A stretch of DNA of 64,000 nucleotides from a virus (lineage: Duplodnaviria > Caudoviricetes). Positions 49,887 to 59,659 of the stretch are shown in pieces. A program made the position numbers and the translations under genes. Where the stretch lies: positions 96,001 to 160,000 of the IMG/VR virus record IMGVR_UViG_3300025121_000014, one strand, 5' to 3'. The notes under the pieces were generated by a model, which made no database searches, was not told the origin of the DNA, and saw only the letters and a program-made list of their open reading frames with translations. Position 1 is the stretch's first letter; every line of letters begins with the position of its first letter.

Positions 49887-50183
49887 CTATTTTTTGTTTA
49901 AAAATTCTTTTAATATCTTATCAGTATCAGGCAAACTATTATGAATAAAATGAATCAATTCATTTATTTTATCATATTTATAGATATCATCTATATTTAA
50001 TTTTTCTAATAATCGTTCTTCTGGAACAATTTTTATATGTCCTTCTTCATTAAACCAATATGCTATTTCATATGTAGTTTCATCTGCAACCATATTTAAC
50101 AAAATTCCCACACCATTTCCAATTTGCCCTAGATAATCAATTACAGATATACTTAACAATGTTGAATCTATGAATTCTTTCAT
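49887..50183 (-). CDS. Hypothetical protein
   Basis: 98-aa ORF. Confidence 0.55.
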   Translation of the reverse strand: MKEFIDSTLLSISVIDYLGQIGNGVGILLNMVADETTYEIAYWFNEEGHIKIVPEERLLEKLNIDDIYKYDKINELIHFIHNSLPDTDKILKEFLNKK

Positions 50184-50299
50184 TTTTATTTGATTCTTTT
50201 TATTTAATATATATTGAAAATATGATTTTGTCTAATCAAAGAAGAATTGATTTTAAAAGATAAATATATTTTATATATAATAAAAAGATATAGTTATTC

Positions 50300-50671
50300 A
50301 TGCCTAATGCAGATATAAGAGATTACAATATTAGATATGTAGGACATCCTAAATATAACAGTAAAAGAGTTATAGAAGATCGTACTATTGAATTTGTTGT
50401 ACAAAAATTAGAAAATTTATTATTTACAAATAAAGGAGATGATTTAAGCGATCCAGAATTTGGCGCTAATATCGAATATTATTTATGGTCTACAAAAGTG
50501 CCAGTTGAAAAAATTAAAAAAGAAATTGAAAATCAAATAAATAAATATATATCAGAGCTAAATATAATGGGATATTCATTAAATCTCGAATTATATAAAG
50601 GTACTATTAGGGATATACTTTATATTAATATTAATATTAAAGATACTATTGTAAATTTTGTAATAAAATAA
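50300..50671 (+). CDS. gp25/GPW-like baseplate wedge protein
   Basis: LENLLFTNKGD..DPEFGANIEYYLW. Confidence 0.7.
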   Translation: MPNADIRDYNIRYVGHPKYNSKRVIEDRTIEFVVQKLENLLFTNKGDDLSDPEFGANIEYYLWSTKVPVEKIKKEIENQINKYISELNIMGYSLNLELYKGTIRDILYININIKDTIVNFVIK

Positions 50672-50682
50672 TAAAATAAACA

Positions 50683-51207
50683 ATGAAGTTAACAGATAAG
50701 CAAATAAAGGAAACATATATAAATGTATTAACTAGTACAAAAGTTAATGATATAATTAAGAAAAATAGCCAGGGACTTAAACTTGCGCTAAATGAACATA
50801 TATGGTTTGAAAAACAATTTGGTGTGAGAAAAGCAAATCTTAATTTTGCTATGACAACAGGTGAAATAGATGAATATGCCAAATGTAAAATGGATGTTCA
50901 TTACTTTGCAAATAAATATTGCCACATTAAAAGAGAAGACGGTACAATTGGACCAATGCAACTAAGAGATTACCAGAGAGATATTATAGATTTATATGTT
51001 AATAATAGATATTCTATATTAATGACTAGTAGACAATTAGGTAAGTGCAACTCCTTGGTAACCAGATTGTTAGTAAAATTTGACAATGGTGATGAATATG
51101 AAATTACTATGGGAGAATTATATTATACTTACATTCAACAAGAAAGAAAACTAACAATCATAGAAAAAATTAAACTTTTTCTATATAAAGCACTATCTAA
51201 ACTATAA
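50683..51207 (+). CDS. terL: Terminase large subunit N-fragment plus 53-aa N-intein (Cys1 at 51046)
   Basis: LRDYQ adenine motif, SRQLGK then CNSLVTRLLVKFDNG..ITMGELY. Confidence 0.85.
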   Translation: MKLTDKQIKETYINVLTSTKVNDIIKKNSQGLKLALNEHIWFEKQFGVRKANLNFAMTTGEIDEYAKCKMDVHYFANKYCHIKREDGTIGPMQLRDYQRDIIDLYVNNRYSILMTSRQLGKCNSLVTRLLVKFDNGDEYEITMGELYYTYIQQERKLTIIEKIKLFLYKALSKL

Positions 51208-52827
51208 TATTTGATTATAAATATATTTTAAATTACCAGAATTATATATTCTATAAATTTTTCTTTCTAACATAATTTGATGTTCAGTTTTGTTAACATC
51301 ATAACCTTCTTTAATTAATTTATCTTTTCTGAAATTAAATCTATGGTGTCTAATTTGGTCAATAATATAATAATAATTAGGTGATGTTTTATGTATAAAA
51401 TCAAATCCTAAAACTTCATATAATTTTCCATTAGAATGACTTCTATCTGCATATGTAGTTATATTATCAAATTTATAATTTCTAATAAAATACTTAAATA
51501 ATTTACTAGCACATCCTATTACATTTGTATTAAGTTTATTACAAAACCTTAACATTTCATATTGTCCTTCGGTTTTTGAAGATGAATTCATAGATTTTCT
51601 TAATTTTCCAAAAGTCATTAATGAAATTAATTCATTTTCATAAAATAAACCTAATTTAATTTTACTTCCTACAAAACCTTGAATATGATTTTCATCTAGA
51701 AATTTTCTAACTAATTTATTATCAATTATTTCTTTAACTTCTGTTTTTCTAGCGTATATTTTGTTTGGTGTTCTACCTAACTTATTCAATATCATTGATT
51801 TAACTATATCTTGTTTATATACCCAATCATCTTCATATATATGAATTAATTGAATATTTTTTTTATCACATAATTCAGTTTTATCTAAATGATAATTATT
51901 CGGTCTATATAATTCATTATGCCAATAAACACCATTAAATTCAAATGCTAATTTTAAATCAGGGATATAAATATCTAATTCTTTTCCATCTAATATTTTT
52001 CTATCATTTGTTATTATTAAATTATTATAATTTTCTTTTATAAAATCTAATAATTTATTTTCTTTGTCAGAACCAGGATCATTAATAGGATTACATATTG
52101 TACATAATGTAGTATTAGTTTCTAATCTATTATAAAAAATTGTTTTAGGTATTTTACTTATATGATTATTACATTGATATATATAAGTATAATCTTCATA
52201 ATCAATATCAATAATATTGTTATTTTTATATTTTTGGATTAATTTATTTTTTTTATTAATTGTTTTTTTTTCTTGGGTAGATTTTAATTTTGATATATTA
52301 TCAACACCATATAATTTTAAATTAGTTTCTCTATATTTTTCTAAATTATTATAATTTTCATCACCATATTTTTCTTTTTTAGTAACTAACGATTGTTTAT
52401 GATTATTATAATTTTCATCACCATGTTTTTCTTTTTTAGTTTTTTTAATTTTTTCAATATGTTTTGTTGTTTTTGATGGGTGAGTCGTACCATATTTATC
52501 TAAACATGTTTTTATATATTTTTTACTATTTGTATAATTTTCATCACCATATCGTTCTTTTTTAGTTTTTTTCATTTTAATATATTTACATTTATTACAA
52601 TAATATAAGCCATCATCATATGTATTATTAATATATGTTCTATACTCCATATTTTTAATATCTCCACATATATCACATTTAACATCAATTTTAATTGGAC
52701 TGCCTTTAATTAAATCTTTTATATTTATATTTATAGTATCTCCTTTTTTGGCATCATAATTTTTATTTTTATAAAATGTAATATTTCTAGTACTTATATT
52801 CATTTTTACTTGTTCAGTTATAATCAT
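51202..52827 (-). CDS. Hef/Vsr-like free-standing homing endonuclease with KYG repeats and a GNAT-like C-domain
   Basis: ELDIYIPDLKLAFEFNGVYWH, IHIYEDDW, YADRSHSNG; start moved from 52896 (inside the IS end) to MIITEQ. Confidence 0.75.
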   Translation of the reverse strand: MIITEQVKMNISTRNITFYKNKNYDAKKGDTININIKDLIKGSPIKIDVKCDICGDIKNMEYRTYINNTYDDGLYYCNKCKYIKMKKTKKERYGDENYTNSKKYIKTCLDKYGTTHPSKTTKHIEKIKKTKKEKHGDENYNNHKQSLVTKKEKYGDENYNNLEKYRETNLKLYGVDNISKLKSTQEKKTINKKNKLIQKYKNNNIIDIDYEDYTYIYQCNNHISKIPKTIFYNRLETNTTLCTICNPINDPGSDKENKLLDFIKENYNNLIITNDRKILDGKELDIYIPDLKLAFEFNGVYWHNELYRPNNYHLDKTELCDKKNIQLIHIYEDDWVYKQDIVKSMILNKLGRTPNKIYARKTEVKEIIDNKLVRKFLDENHIQGFVGSKIKLGLFYENELISLMTFGKLRKSMNSSSKTEGQYEMLRFCNKLNTNVIGCASKLFKYFIRNYKFDNITTYADRSHSNGKLYEVLGFDFIHKTSPNYYYIIDQIRHHRFNFRKDKLIKEGYDVNKTEHQIMLERKIYRIYNSGNLKYIYNQIL

Positions 52828-52884
52828 ATTATTAGTTTTTATTTTATATATAAAAAGGTCAAAGTGTAAAATATCATTATTTAT

Positions 52885-53736
52885 ATGACCCGTCAAAGAA
52901 AATCGTTAAATCTTTAGTTTAAAGGATGAATTTGACATACCAAAATTAAAATTTACTGATATAGATTTACACAGAGAATTTAAAGGTGATATAAAAACTA
53001 TAACTATTTCAAAAACAACAACAAATAAATATTATATAAGTATTTTAGTCGATAACAAAAAAGAATTGCCTGAAAAACAACCAATTAAATTAGAAACAAC
53101 CGTTGGTGTCGATTTGGGAATTAAAGATTTTGTTATCACTTCAGATGGAAAGAAATTCAAGAACCAAGATTTCTTTAAATCTGCTTTAAAGAAACTAAGA
53201 GTTGAACAGCGTTCCCTTAGTAGAAAACAAAAAGGATCAAACCATTATTTAAATCAAAAATTAAAGGTTTCATTATTTCACGAACACATTAAAAACCAAA
53301 GAGAAGATTACTTACATAAAATAACTAAATACCTTGTAGATAATTATGATACAATTTGTATAGAAAATCTTGGTGTTTCTAATATGATGAAAAACAATAA
53401 GTTAAGTCGTGCTATAAGTGATATGGGTTGGTTTAAATTTAAATCATTTCTTGAATATAAATGTGAATGGTATGGAAAGAATTTAAGTGTGATTGGTAGA
53501 TTTGATCCTTCATCAAAAACATGTTCTGTTTGTGGAAAAATAAATAAAGAATTAACATTAAAAGACAGAAACTGGAAATGTAATTACTGTGGAACAGAAC
53601 ATGATAGAGATATAAATGCTGCAATTAATATAAGAAATTTTGGGTTGAGGAACCAACCTAGCGTTACACAAAGTGAATGGTTGCATTGTGCTTGTAGCGT
53701 AGAAACACACAAATCTTCAGTTTGTGCGTAGTTCAT
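52885..53736 (+). mobile_element. IS200/IS605-type element T2 with 5'-deleted tnpB (852 bp)
   Basis: TTTAT 52880-84, left-end hairpin, right end GAAACACACAAATCTTCAGTTTGTGCGTAGTTCAT. Confidence 0.88.
52937..53731 (+). pseudogene. tnpB: N-terminally truncated TnpB
   Basis: Frame IPKLKF..KYYISILV..GVDLG..IENL..CSVC..CNYC..DRDINAAINI begins right after the left end, with no HTH. Confidence 0.85.
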
Positions 53737-53776
53737 ATATTTTTAATTTGAATTAGTTTATTTAATATATAATGTT

Positions 53777-56026
53777 ATGATTAAATTATTTATAAAACAG
53801 ATAATATATTTAATAATAGAATTATTAGAAAAAATGGAATATAAAAATAATTCATTTGATGAAAATAATCCATTAAAAAAAATTATTAATACTATTCCTA
53901 TTGATAATGTTTCTATTGAAACCGATTATGGGTTTGTTCCTATAACTGAAATGAATTTAACTGCGCCATTATCATTATATAGATTAGAATTAGATAATGG
54001 AGATTGGTTAGAATGTGCAGATGATCATATAGTATTCACAGAAGGACATCAACAAAAATTTGTTAAAAATTTAACAACAGATGATAAAGTATTATGTAGA
54101 GAAAATTATATTGAAGGTATAAAAGTTAAATCAGTTAAAAATCTTAAAAGAAAAGTTAGTTTAATGGATATTACAGTAGATACTAATGAAAAAAGTTATT
54201 TTGCTAATAATATCTTAAATCATAATACAGTTTCAGCCGCAATTGTAATATTGCATTTTTGTTTATTTAAAGAAAATAAAGGTGTTATGGTTGTAGCAAA
54301 TAAAGGAAAAACAACAATAGAAATTATAGAAAAAATAAAAAGTATTTATAAATTATTACCATTCTTTTTAAAAGCGGGTATTATTAATTGGAATCAATCA
54401 AGTATTACTTTTGACAATGGTTGCCAAATTAAAACGGAAAAAAGAACTAAGGAACCTGCAATCGGTTTTACAATAGATCTCCTTTATCTTGATGAATTTG
54501 CTCATATACCTGAGAATTATATTGTACCGTATTATACTGCGGTTGTACCAGTTGTATCTAGTATTGAAAATTCAAAAATTATTATCACATCTACGCCAAA
54601 AGGATTAAACTTATTTCATAAATTATTAATAGAATCTGAATTACCAGAAGATGATCCTAATTGGAATGGTTATCGTTCTTTAAGAGTATACTGGTGGCAG
54701 GTAAAACATAGTAGAGATACAAAAATATTCTTTAACGAAAAGAAATTAAGAAAATATAAATTAAATAAAACTGAATTAAAACAATTCTTAATTGAAAATA
54801 AATATAACATTTATGAAAAAAACGAAAATAATTTAAATGGTATATTTATAAATTATGAACCAAATGAAGAAAGTACTCAGATTGATTATATAAGAAACTT
54901 AAGATATAACGAATTACCTTTATCTGAATTAGGTATGATTACTAATTGGGAGGAACAACAAACTAAATTGATTGGCGGAGAAGATGGTTTTAAACAAGAA
55001 TATGATCTTCATTTCTTAACAGGTAATAAAATGTTATTTGATAGTGTTCTTCTAGAAAAAATGATGGAAGACAAATTACCATTTGAATATTATAGTATTC
55101 CTATATTTAATGAAAAATTAAAAATACCTTATAATAATTTAACATTTGTTAAAGGACAACCAGAATTATTTGATATGAAAAAAGTAAAAGATTATCATAT
55201 TTTTATATCAATTGATTTAGGTGAAGGATTAGGTCAAGATTATAGTGTTATTAATATATTTAGAGTAATGCCAAAAACATCAGAAGAATTAAATTATTTT
55301 AAAAAACGAATTGATGGATTGTATGATTATTTTAAACTTGAGCAAATCGGTATGTTTAAATCAAATATTTATTCAGTTAAAGAAGTATCATTAATATTAT
55401 ATATGATTACTTTCGAATTATTTAATGATAATAAAGTAAGAATAGCACTTGAAAGAAATGTATATGGTGATGAACTTATTGCTCATATGCCACATGTTTT
55501 TGACGATAACAATAATTATTCTAGTCACGTATTTTTAAGATATAAACATAATTTAGAACAAAAAACATCTAGAATGGGAATAAAAGTTAATAGGAATAAA
55601 TTATCATTAATAAAAGATTATCAAATACAAACGAAAAAGGGAAATATTGTTATTCGTCATTTAAATACTATTACCGAATTAAGTACATTTACTAAAAAAG
55701 AAACTCCTAGTGGTGGAATTACATATCAAGGAGAAAGTGGTCACGATGACCAGGCAATGACGGTTATTGTTTTAGCAACAATATTTAATCATGTAGGATG
55801 GAAAAATTGTATTGAAGAATTTATGAAAGAAAATAAAGATAATAGAAATCTAATACATAATGATTTTAACAAAATTGTTGATGAATATCAAGCAGATATT
55901 GGTGATATTAAAACGTTTCAAATTTCATATAAAAAGATTTATAATAAAAATTACAATCCTAAAAATCAAAAACAAGTTGGATATGGTGGTAAAATAGCAC
56001 CTCCCATTTTTCCAACAAGAAGATAA
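53777..56026 (+). CDS. terL: 150-aa C-intein plus terminase large subunit C-fragment (Thr+1 at 54227)
   Basis: ECADDH block B, YFANNILNHN|TVSAA; LYLDEFAHI, ITSTPKG, SIDLGEG, GHDD. Confidence 0.88.
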   Translation: MIKLFIKQIIYLIIELLEKMEYKNNSFDENNPLKKIINTIPIDNVSIETDYGFVPITEMNLTAPLSLYRLELDNGDWLECADDHIVFTEGHQQKFVKNLTTDDKVLCRENYIEGIKVKSVKNLKRKVSLMDITVDTNEKSYFANNILNHNTVSAAIVILHFCLFKENKGVMVVANKGKTTIEIIEKIKSIYKLLPFFLKAGIINWNQSSITFDNGCQIKTEKRTKEPAIGFTIDLLYLDEFAHIPENYIVPYYTAVVPVVSSIENSKIIITSTPKGLNLFHKLLIESELPEDDPNWNGYRSLRVYWWQVKHSRDTKIFFNEKKLRKYKLNKTELKQFLIENKYNIYEKNENNLNGIFINYEPNEESTQIDYIRNLRYNELPLSELGMITNWEEQQTKLIGGEDGFKQEYDLHFLTGNKMLFDSVLLEKMMEDKLPFEYYSIPIFNEKLKIPYNNLTFVKGQPELFDMKKVKDYHIFISIDLGEGLGQDYSVINIFRVMPKTSEELNYFKKRIDGLYDYFKLEQIGMFKSNIYSVKEVSLILYMITFELFNDNKVRIALERNVYGDELIAHMPHVFDDNNNYSSHVFLRYKHNLEQKTSRMGIKVNRNKLSLIKDYQIQTKKGNIVIRHLNTITELSTFTKKETPSGGITYQGESGHDDQAMTVIVLATIFNHVGWKNCIEEFMKENKDNRNLIHNDFNKIVDEYQADIGDIKTFQISYKKIYNKNYNPKNQKQVGYGGKIAPPIFPTRR

Positions 56027-56104
56027 TGTAGTTCATTAAACAAAAAATATCTATTTTTTCATTTTTGAAAAACTTATAATTATTTTCGAAATATAAGGTA
56101 TAAT

Positions 56105-56156
56105 TGAAATAAATCCACCTAAATTAAAGATTTACTGGTTTTCTTTCAAAAAATTT
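56105..56156 (-). mobile_element. Degenerate IS left-end remnant
   Basis: TTTAT|AAATTTTT-TGAAAGAAAACCAGTAAATCTTTAATTTAGGTGG; adjacent 56045-56070 resembles the T1 leader. Confidence 0.5.
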
Positions 56157-56175
56157 ATAAATAAATTTAAAAAAA

Positions 56176-56958
56176 ATGGGAGAAATTAAATATAAAATTA
56201 CAAGTGATAATTTAACAAAAATAATAGATACAGTCAGAGATTTAAGCGTAATAGATAAAAAAGGTGTTATACGATTTAATAAAAAATATGTACTTATTTA
56301 TTCCTTAATAGGAGAAGGTGATGTTATAAATGTGTTTAAAAGTTTTGTATTTAAAACAGAAGAACTTTTTACAAATATAGATGAATTTGATGAAACAATA
56401 AATTTTGTCGTAAAGGATATGAAGAATCTTTATAGAACACTTAAAATAATGGCAGATTTAGGTGATAATGTAGACGGAAAAATATTTTTTGATGAAATAG
56501 GTAAACTATTTTTTTCAGATCGTTTATATTTTAAATCTACTAATAAATTAAAATTGAATTTTTATGGTAATGATCCTACTAAAACAAATACAAGAATAAC
56601 ATTAGATCAAATTAAAAAAATTGCTAATGTAGATAATTCGTCTTTTAATTTTAATTTAAAAAGTGAAGATTTTGTCAATATTAAAAAATTAGCATTACCA
56701 GATGATGAAATGGATATTTTTTATATGAATACATTTGAAAAAGATGGTGATTATTTTGTATCTATTGGGGAAACTAATTGGAACTTAACATTAGATCAAA
56801 TAGATCTAAAAGAAGAAAGAACACTAGCATTTCCAAAAAAGTATTTTAAAACTATTAATATAGATAAAGAAAATGTAAAAGTATATGTATTTGATACGTT
56901 TTTATTAGTATCTTCTGATAATTCTAATTTAATCATATCAATAGAAATAACTGTTTAA
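56176..56958 (+). CDS. Possible DNA polymerase sliding clamp (gp45-like)
   Basis: Size and two-part beta-rich pattern, in a replication/packaging context; no diagnostic motif. Confidence 0.35.
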   Translation: MGEIKYKITSDNLTKIIDTVRDLSVIDKKGVIRFNKKYVLIYSLIGEGDVINVFKSFVFKTEELFTNIDEFDETINFVVKDMKNLYRTLKIMADLGDNVDGKIFFDEIGKLFFSDRLYFKSTNKLKLNFYGNDPTKTNTRITLDQIKKIANVDNSSFNFNLKSEDFVNIKKLALPDDEMDIFYMNTFEKDGDYFVSIGETNWNLTLDQIDLKEERTLAFPKKYFKTINIDKENVKVYVFDTFLLVSSDNSNLIISIEITV

Positions 56959-57104
56959 CCATTAATATGAATATTCAAAAAAGTGGATATTAGTAGACGA
57001 ATATAATAACAATATAGAATTTAATAGTTTGTGTATAGTTCATCTAACAATGATTTTATATTAAAAGAACGATTTAAAAAAATTAAAAAAATACAAAATA
57101 AAAT

Positions 57105-58062
57105 ATGAATAGAAAACTAAATGTATTTTCCGCATTTGATGGAATAGGAACTGGATACCAAGTCTTAAAAGAATTAGGTTATGATTGCAATTATTATGCA
57201 TCAGAAATAGAACCAAATTCTATTGCCATTGCTATGAAAAATCATCCTGATATAATACAATTAGGCGATATAGAAGAAATTACAAAAGAAAGTTTTAATC
57301 ATGATATAGATTTAGTTATTGGTGGAAGTCCTTGCCAAGATTTATCAACTCTAATGCGAGAAGGCGAAGGTTTAAAAGGTAGTAAATCAAGATTATTTTT
57401 TAAATATTATGAATTATTACAAAAATTAAAACCTAAATATTTCCTATTAGAAAATGTTAAAATGAAAAAGGAATATGAAGAACAAATTACAAATTTATTA
57501 GGTATTCAACCATTGAATATAAATTCTAATTTGGTTTCGGCACAAAATAGAAATAGATTATATTGGACCAATATTCCAGTTGCATCTATTCCGGAAGATA
57601 AAGGAATTTTATTAAAAGATATTATAGAAGATGGTTATGTGAATAGATATAAATCAAATTGTATAACTGAAAGCACATGTAGAGCTTGTAATACTCCATC
57701 TGGTTTTCGAAGATATATTGCAAAAAAATATGGCACAATTTGTATTTAAAGATAAAGACGAATATCAAAAAATAGTCGGTATAACTGATGAAGATAGGAT
57801 TAAATATTCTAAATGGATATGGAAACAAAAAGCATCTGATTTAGTAGATGGTATTGATACACCACGAATTAGGAAAATGACTCCTAATGAAGTAGAAGCA
57901 TTACAAACTATGCCCAAAGATTATACTTATATAGAAAAATTATATTTAAATTCAAAAGGAATATATAATCAAAATAGTGGTGATTATATTAGAATATCAG
58001 TATTAGGAAATGGATGGACTAAAGATGTAATTAAACACCTTATGAAAAATATGAAATTTTAA
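57105..58062 (+). pseudogene. dcm: C5-cytosine DNA methyltransferase split by a +1 frameshift at an A7 run (57722-57728)
   Basis: FDGIG, GGSPCQ, LLENV, QNRNRLYW in 57105-57749; RKMTPNEVEALQ..LGNGW in 57718-58062. Confidence 0.85.
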
Positions 58063-58101
58063 ATATTATTTTTAATATATATTATTAAAAAAATATTTAA
58101 A

Positions 58102-58578
58102 ATGAAACATATTAAAAAATTTGAAAATTTTAACAATAATATAAAAGAAGAACTCGATATTTCAACTTATACACGAGCGGCTGAAAAATTAAGAGGAAAA
58201 GGACACAATAGTAGAGCCGATGTATTAGATGCACACGCTAAAGAAAATATACAACCAGCAGAAGTAACCATTGATAATCAAATAGAACTAGTATTTCCAG
58301 AAAATATTAAATTATATAGTATTGAAAAAGATTGGTTAGGAATTTGGATTACTATTAAAGAAGAAGATATAGATGACGAAATAGGTATTAATATAGATTT
58401 TATTAAAAAAGGAGACGATTGGGAAATTGAGGTATCTGGTTTGATATTACGAGATAGAAAAAATGCTCGAAGTATTCATAGATTAATAACACAATGGGCA
58501 AAAATACAAAATAATGAAATTTTAAAAGATAATATACACAAATTGACAGTAAATGATTTATATGAATCTTTAATTTAG
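58102..58578 (+). CDS. Hypothetical protein with MKHIKKFENF leader
   Basis: ORF after TTAATATATA (58072). Confidence 0.6.
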   Translation: MKHIKKFENFNNNIKEELDISTYTRAAEKLRGKGHNSRADVLDAHAKENIQPAEVTIDNQIELVFPENIKLYSIEKDWLGIWITIKEEDIDDEIGINIDFIKKGDDWEIEVSGLILRDRKNARSIHRLITQWAKIQNNEILKDNIHKLTVNDLYESLI

Positions 58579-58600
58579 TGGTTTTTTAAAAATATTAAAA

Positions 58601-59215
58601 TTACTTAATGAATTTTACTTCTGATTTTGGTTCCCATGTTTTAACATAAACGTTTCTTTCTTCATCAATTAGATGAGATAAATCTTCATTTTCGAAACTT
58701 TCGCCCCAACCATCTGAACACTGATTATCTAAATATTTTCTAATTAATTCTATTTGTTCATCTGTTATTTTATCATAAGTTTCAATTTCAACAATAAATT
58801 GACTATTTTTATCATCAACATCTATCATTTTAATATTAGATATTAAAGAATTATTCCATTTTTCTATAGAATTAAAATTATTACTAGTAGCTTCATAAAT
58901 TTTTAAAATATCATCTTGATTAATTTCGTCTAATTTTACATTTACCTTAAATGATTCTGATATTTCATTCCACAAATCTTCAATTACACTATCAAAAACC
59001 TCAATACTATTTAAAGCGATATAATCATCATCTTCGTCTTCTAATTCGTGTTCCGTTTCCATTTTATATTCATACTCATCTATAACATATTGTAAATCTA
59101 TACTATATTTTTTCTGTAATTTTTTTAAATCTTTTATACTTTCTAATGATACATTTGATTCGTCTATACAAAATGTTATGTAAGCTGGTATTGCAAATTT
59201 ATATTTATAACTCAT
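58601..59215 (-). CDS. Hypothetical acidic protein (QCSDGWGESFE)
   Basis: 204-aa ORF. Confidence 0.6.
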   Translation of the reverse strand: MSYKYKFAIPAYITFCIDESNVSLESIKDLKKLQKKYSIDLQYVIDEYEYKMETEHELEDEDDDYIALNSIEVFDSVIEDLWNEISESFKVNVKLDEINQDDILKIYEATSNNFNSIEKWNNSLISNIKMIDVDDKNSQFIVEIETYDKITDEQIELIRKYLDNQCSDGWGESFENEDLSHLIDEERNVYVKTWEPKSEVKFIK

Positions 59216-59238
59216 AATTTATATTTTTTGAATATATA

Positions 59239-59652
59239 TTATACTTTATTTCCTAAAAGTTTAATATTTTTTTGAATATTATTTATTTTTTTTATTCTTT
59301 TTATATTTAATGGAGTTAACGATTCAACTAACCATAGATAAAATTTAACAAAATCGTTATTTTTAATAGTTAATTGAATTTCAGGTGAATTATGTTTAAT
59401 ATTCATATATCTTTTATTAGCATCAATATAAACACTATCTACATCAATAAATTCATCGCTTATTGAGTATATACTATTTGTTAATAATTTTAACATATGT
59501 AATCTTCCAAAACTACTATTAGCAATTATTTTATTATTTAAAAATAATATAACTTGTTGGAATATACCCTCGTCATCAAATCTACTACTTTCAAAACCGA
59601 TTACTAATTCGAATTTATATTCATCATAAATCCAATAATATTTTTCTACCAT
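59239..59652 (-). CDS. Hypothetical protein
   Basis: 137-aa ORF. Confidence 0.5.
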   Translation of the reverse strand: MVEKYYWIYDEYKFELVIGFESSRFDDEGIFQQVILFLNNKIIANSSFGRLHMLKLLTNSIYSISDEFIDVDSVYIDANKRYMNIKHNSPEIQLTIKNNDFVKFYLWLVESLTPLNIKRIKKINNIQKNIKLLGNKV

Positions 59653-59659
59653 TATATTT

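Noticed and set aside
52320-52560. KYGDENYNN repeats as a separate repeat system
   Set aside because: They are in-frame peptide repeats within the endonuclease N-terminus.
52828-52896. Annotated start (52896) of the Hef-like ORF
   Set aside because: The ATG lies inside the IS left end; the paralog begins MIIT, matching the ATG at 52827.
46510-53736. Autonomous transposon
   Set aside because: No TnpA (HUH Y1) or serine recombinase is present in the window; mobility would need an enzyme supplied in trans.
662-57828. Short overlapping or antisense ORFs in the track (e.g. 662, 4195, 15346, 24813, 24979, 25324, 26150, 26746, 32092, 34242, 35599, 36559, 37171, 38218, 39329, 40766, 42230, 42575, 44988, 45839, 46667, 47198, 48472, 50646, 53439, 57622)
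   Set aside because: They are shadows of longer, motif-bearing genes, with biased composition and no independent signals.
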